A stretch of 64,000 bases of DNA. It comes from a virus. A program made the translations under genes and the position numbers. The notes under the pieces were generated by a model that had not been told where the DNA came from, did not search any database, and saw only the letters and a list, made by a program, of their open reading frames with translations. Location of the stretch: IMG/VR virus record IMGVR_UViG_3300009184_000033, positions 1 through 64,000 of that record. The stretch is one strand, 5' to 3'. Positions 63,320 through 64,000 of the stretch are shown one piece after another (positions within the stretch are counted from its first letter, which is position 1; each line of letters begins with the position of its first letter).

Positions 63320-64000
63320 CTATCTTAGTCCCGCAAATTGCTCTCTGATGATTGAATCGTAAGCGACCCTGAACCTCTCTCTGGTGTTCTCATAGACTTC
63401 GGGGGCTTGGACGGCTTCAGCACTTAACGCGGCTGGATCATGAGGAGTCACAGACTTAGTGAGGCTCTTGTTGCACTTCTCATATACGGCAAGAATTTTG
63501 GTGGTATCTACTTCCCTACCGAGGAATCTAAGAACGTGGGCCATGGATTCGACTGGATTTGACTTGAGCTCTTCATAAGAGAGGCTGATCATCGACTCAA
63601 TGTCAGAATTATCCCTAGTCCACCTGGAGAGGTGCGCTCTGTATTCTTCAACTAGAGACTGAACCTGATCGTCAAGCCACTGATTCCTCTCGCCGTTCCA
63701 GTTGCTGGCAATAGTGTGATCGTAGCGTAACTGGGAATAAATCGTGTCTACTGGGTCTCTGTGGAGGTAGATCACCTTCTTGAGGCCAGCGGTGAGACCC
63801 TCAGAGGGTTCGTAATTTCCCACGCGCCGATCATGAATGTGGAATCCCCAGAACGACTTTGGATTAGGGTCAAAGAAGCTCTGGACATAAGACGGCTCTC
63901 CGAGATATGACTCGAGCAGAATTCTGAGCCAGTGAGAACCAGTCCTCGGATAAGAGACTAGCCGTGGAAATTCCGGATTGTTCTTGACTCCATCCCTATC
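63320..64000 (-). CDS. PAPS-dependent sulfotransferase (N-terminus beyond the right edge)
   Basis: The frame stays open from 63823 to 64000: ...LVSYPRTGSHWLRILLE (5'-PSB loop); YLHRDPVDTIYS (3'-PB); LSYEELKSNP. Confidence 0.85.
   Translation of the reverse strand, partial: DRDGVKNNPEFPRLVSYPRTGSHWLRILLESYLGEPSYVQSFFDPNPKSFWGFHIHDRRVGNYEPSEGLTAGLKKVIYLHRDPVDTIYSQLRYDHTIASNWNGERNQWLDDQVQSLVEEYRAHLSRWTRDNSDIESMISLSYEELKSNPVESMAHVLRFLGREVDTTKILAVYEKCNKSLTKSVTPHDPAALSAEAVQAPEVYENTRERFRVAYDSIIREQFAGLR

Noticed and set aside
1-64000. tRNA, rRNA, introns/inteins, homing endonucleases, IS elements
   Set aside because: Intergenic gaps are all under about 140 nt with no cloverleaf seen. TerL, primase and portal show no splicing motifs or interruptions, and no transposase or integrase was seen. 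A tRNAscan-SE/Infernal run would be the formal check.

Overview
The whole 64 kb is one co-directional (minus-strand), almost gap-free block of a large contractile-tailed (myovirus-type) phage genome with a distant T4-like core. Read in transcription order (right to left), 64-53.6 kb is a sugar-nucleotide and glycan-modification cassette: sulfotransferase, StrG-like oxygenase, GT-A glycosyltransferase, short DegT, three methyltransferases, fcl, gmd, a Cas4-like nuclease and two GT4 enzymes. Next come a gp55-like late sigma factor and a very large baseplate/spike module (gp5-, gp25-, gp6- and gp7-like proteins, LamG and FN3-like proteins, 52-25 kb). A RuvC-like resolvase, DnaG primase and a natural Mre11-Rad50 (SbcD-SbcC) fusion follow. 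The block ends with terminase, portal, prohead protease, core/scaffold proteins, major capsid protein, neck, tail terminator and two tandem tail-sheath paralogs. A T4-late-like promoter motif (ATANNTA) lies in ten intergenic gaps. One copy sits inside a 14-bp hairpin that would hide the RBS of the neck gene. The most novel signal is a [S/T]-G-S tripeptide that is strongly enriched in outer virion proteins and nearly absent from the enzymes. Together with the glycosyltransferases coupled to the late sigma and spike genes, this suggests a phage-encoded virion glycosylation system with its own sequon (hypothesis, untested). No tRNA, rRNA, CRISPR array or mobile element was seen. All calls are from motif reading by eye; no database search was run.
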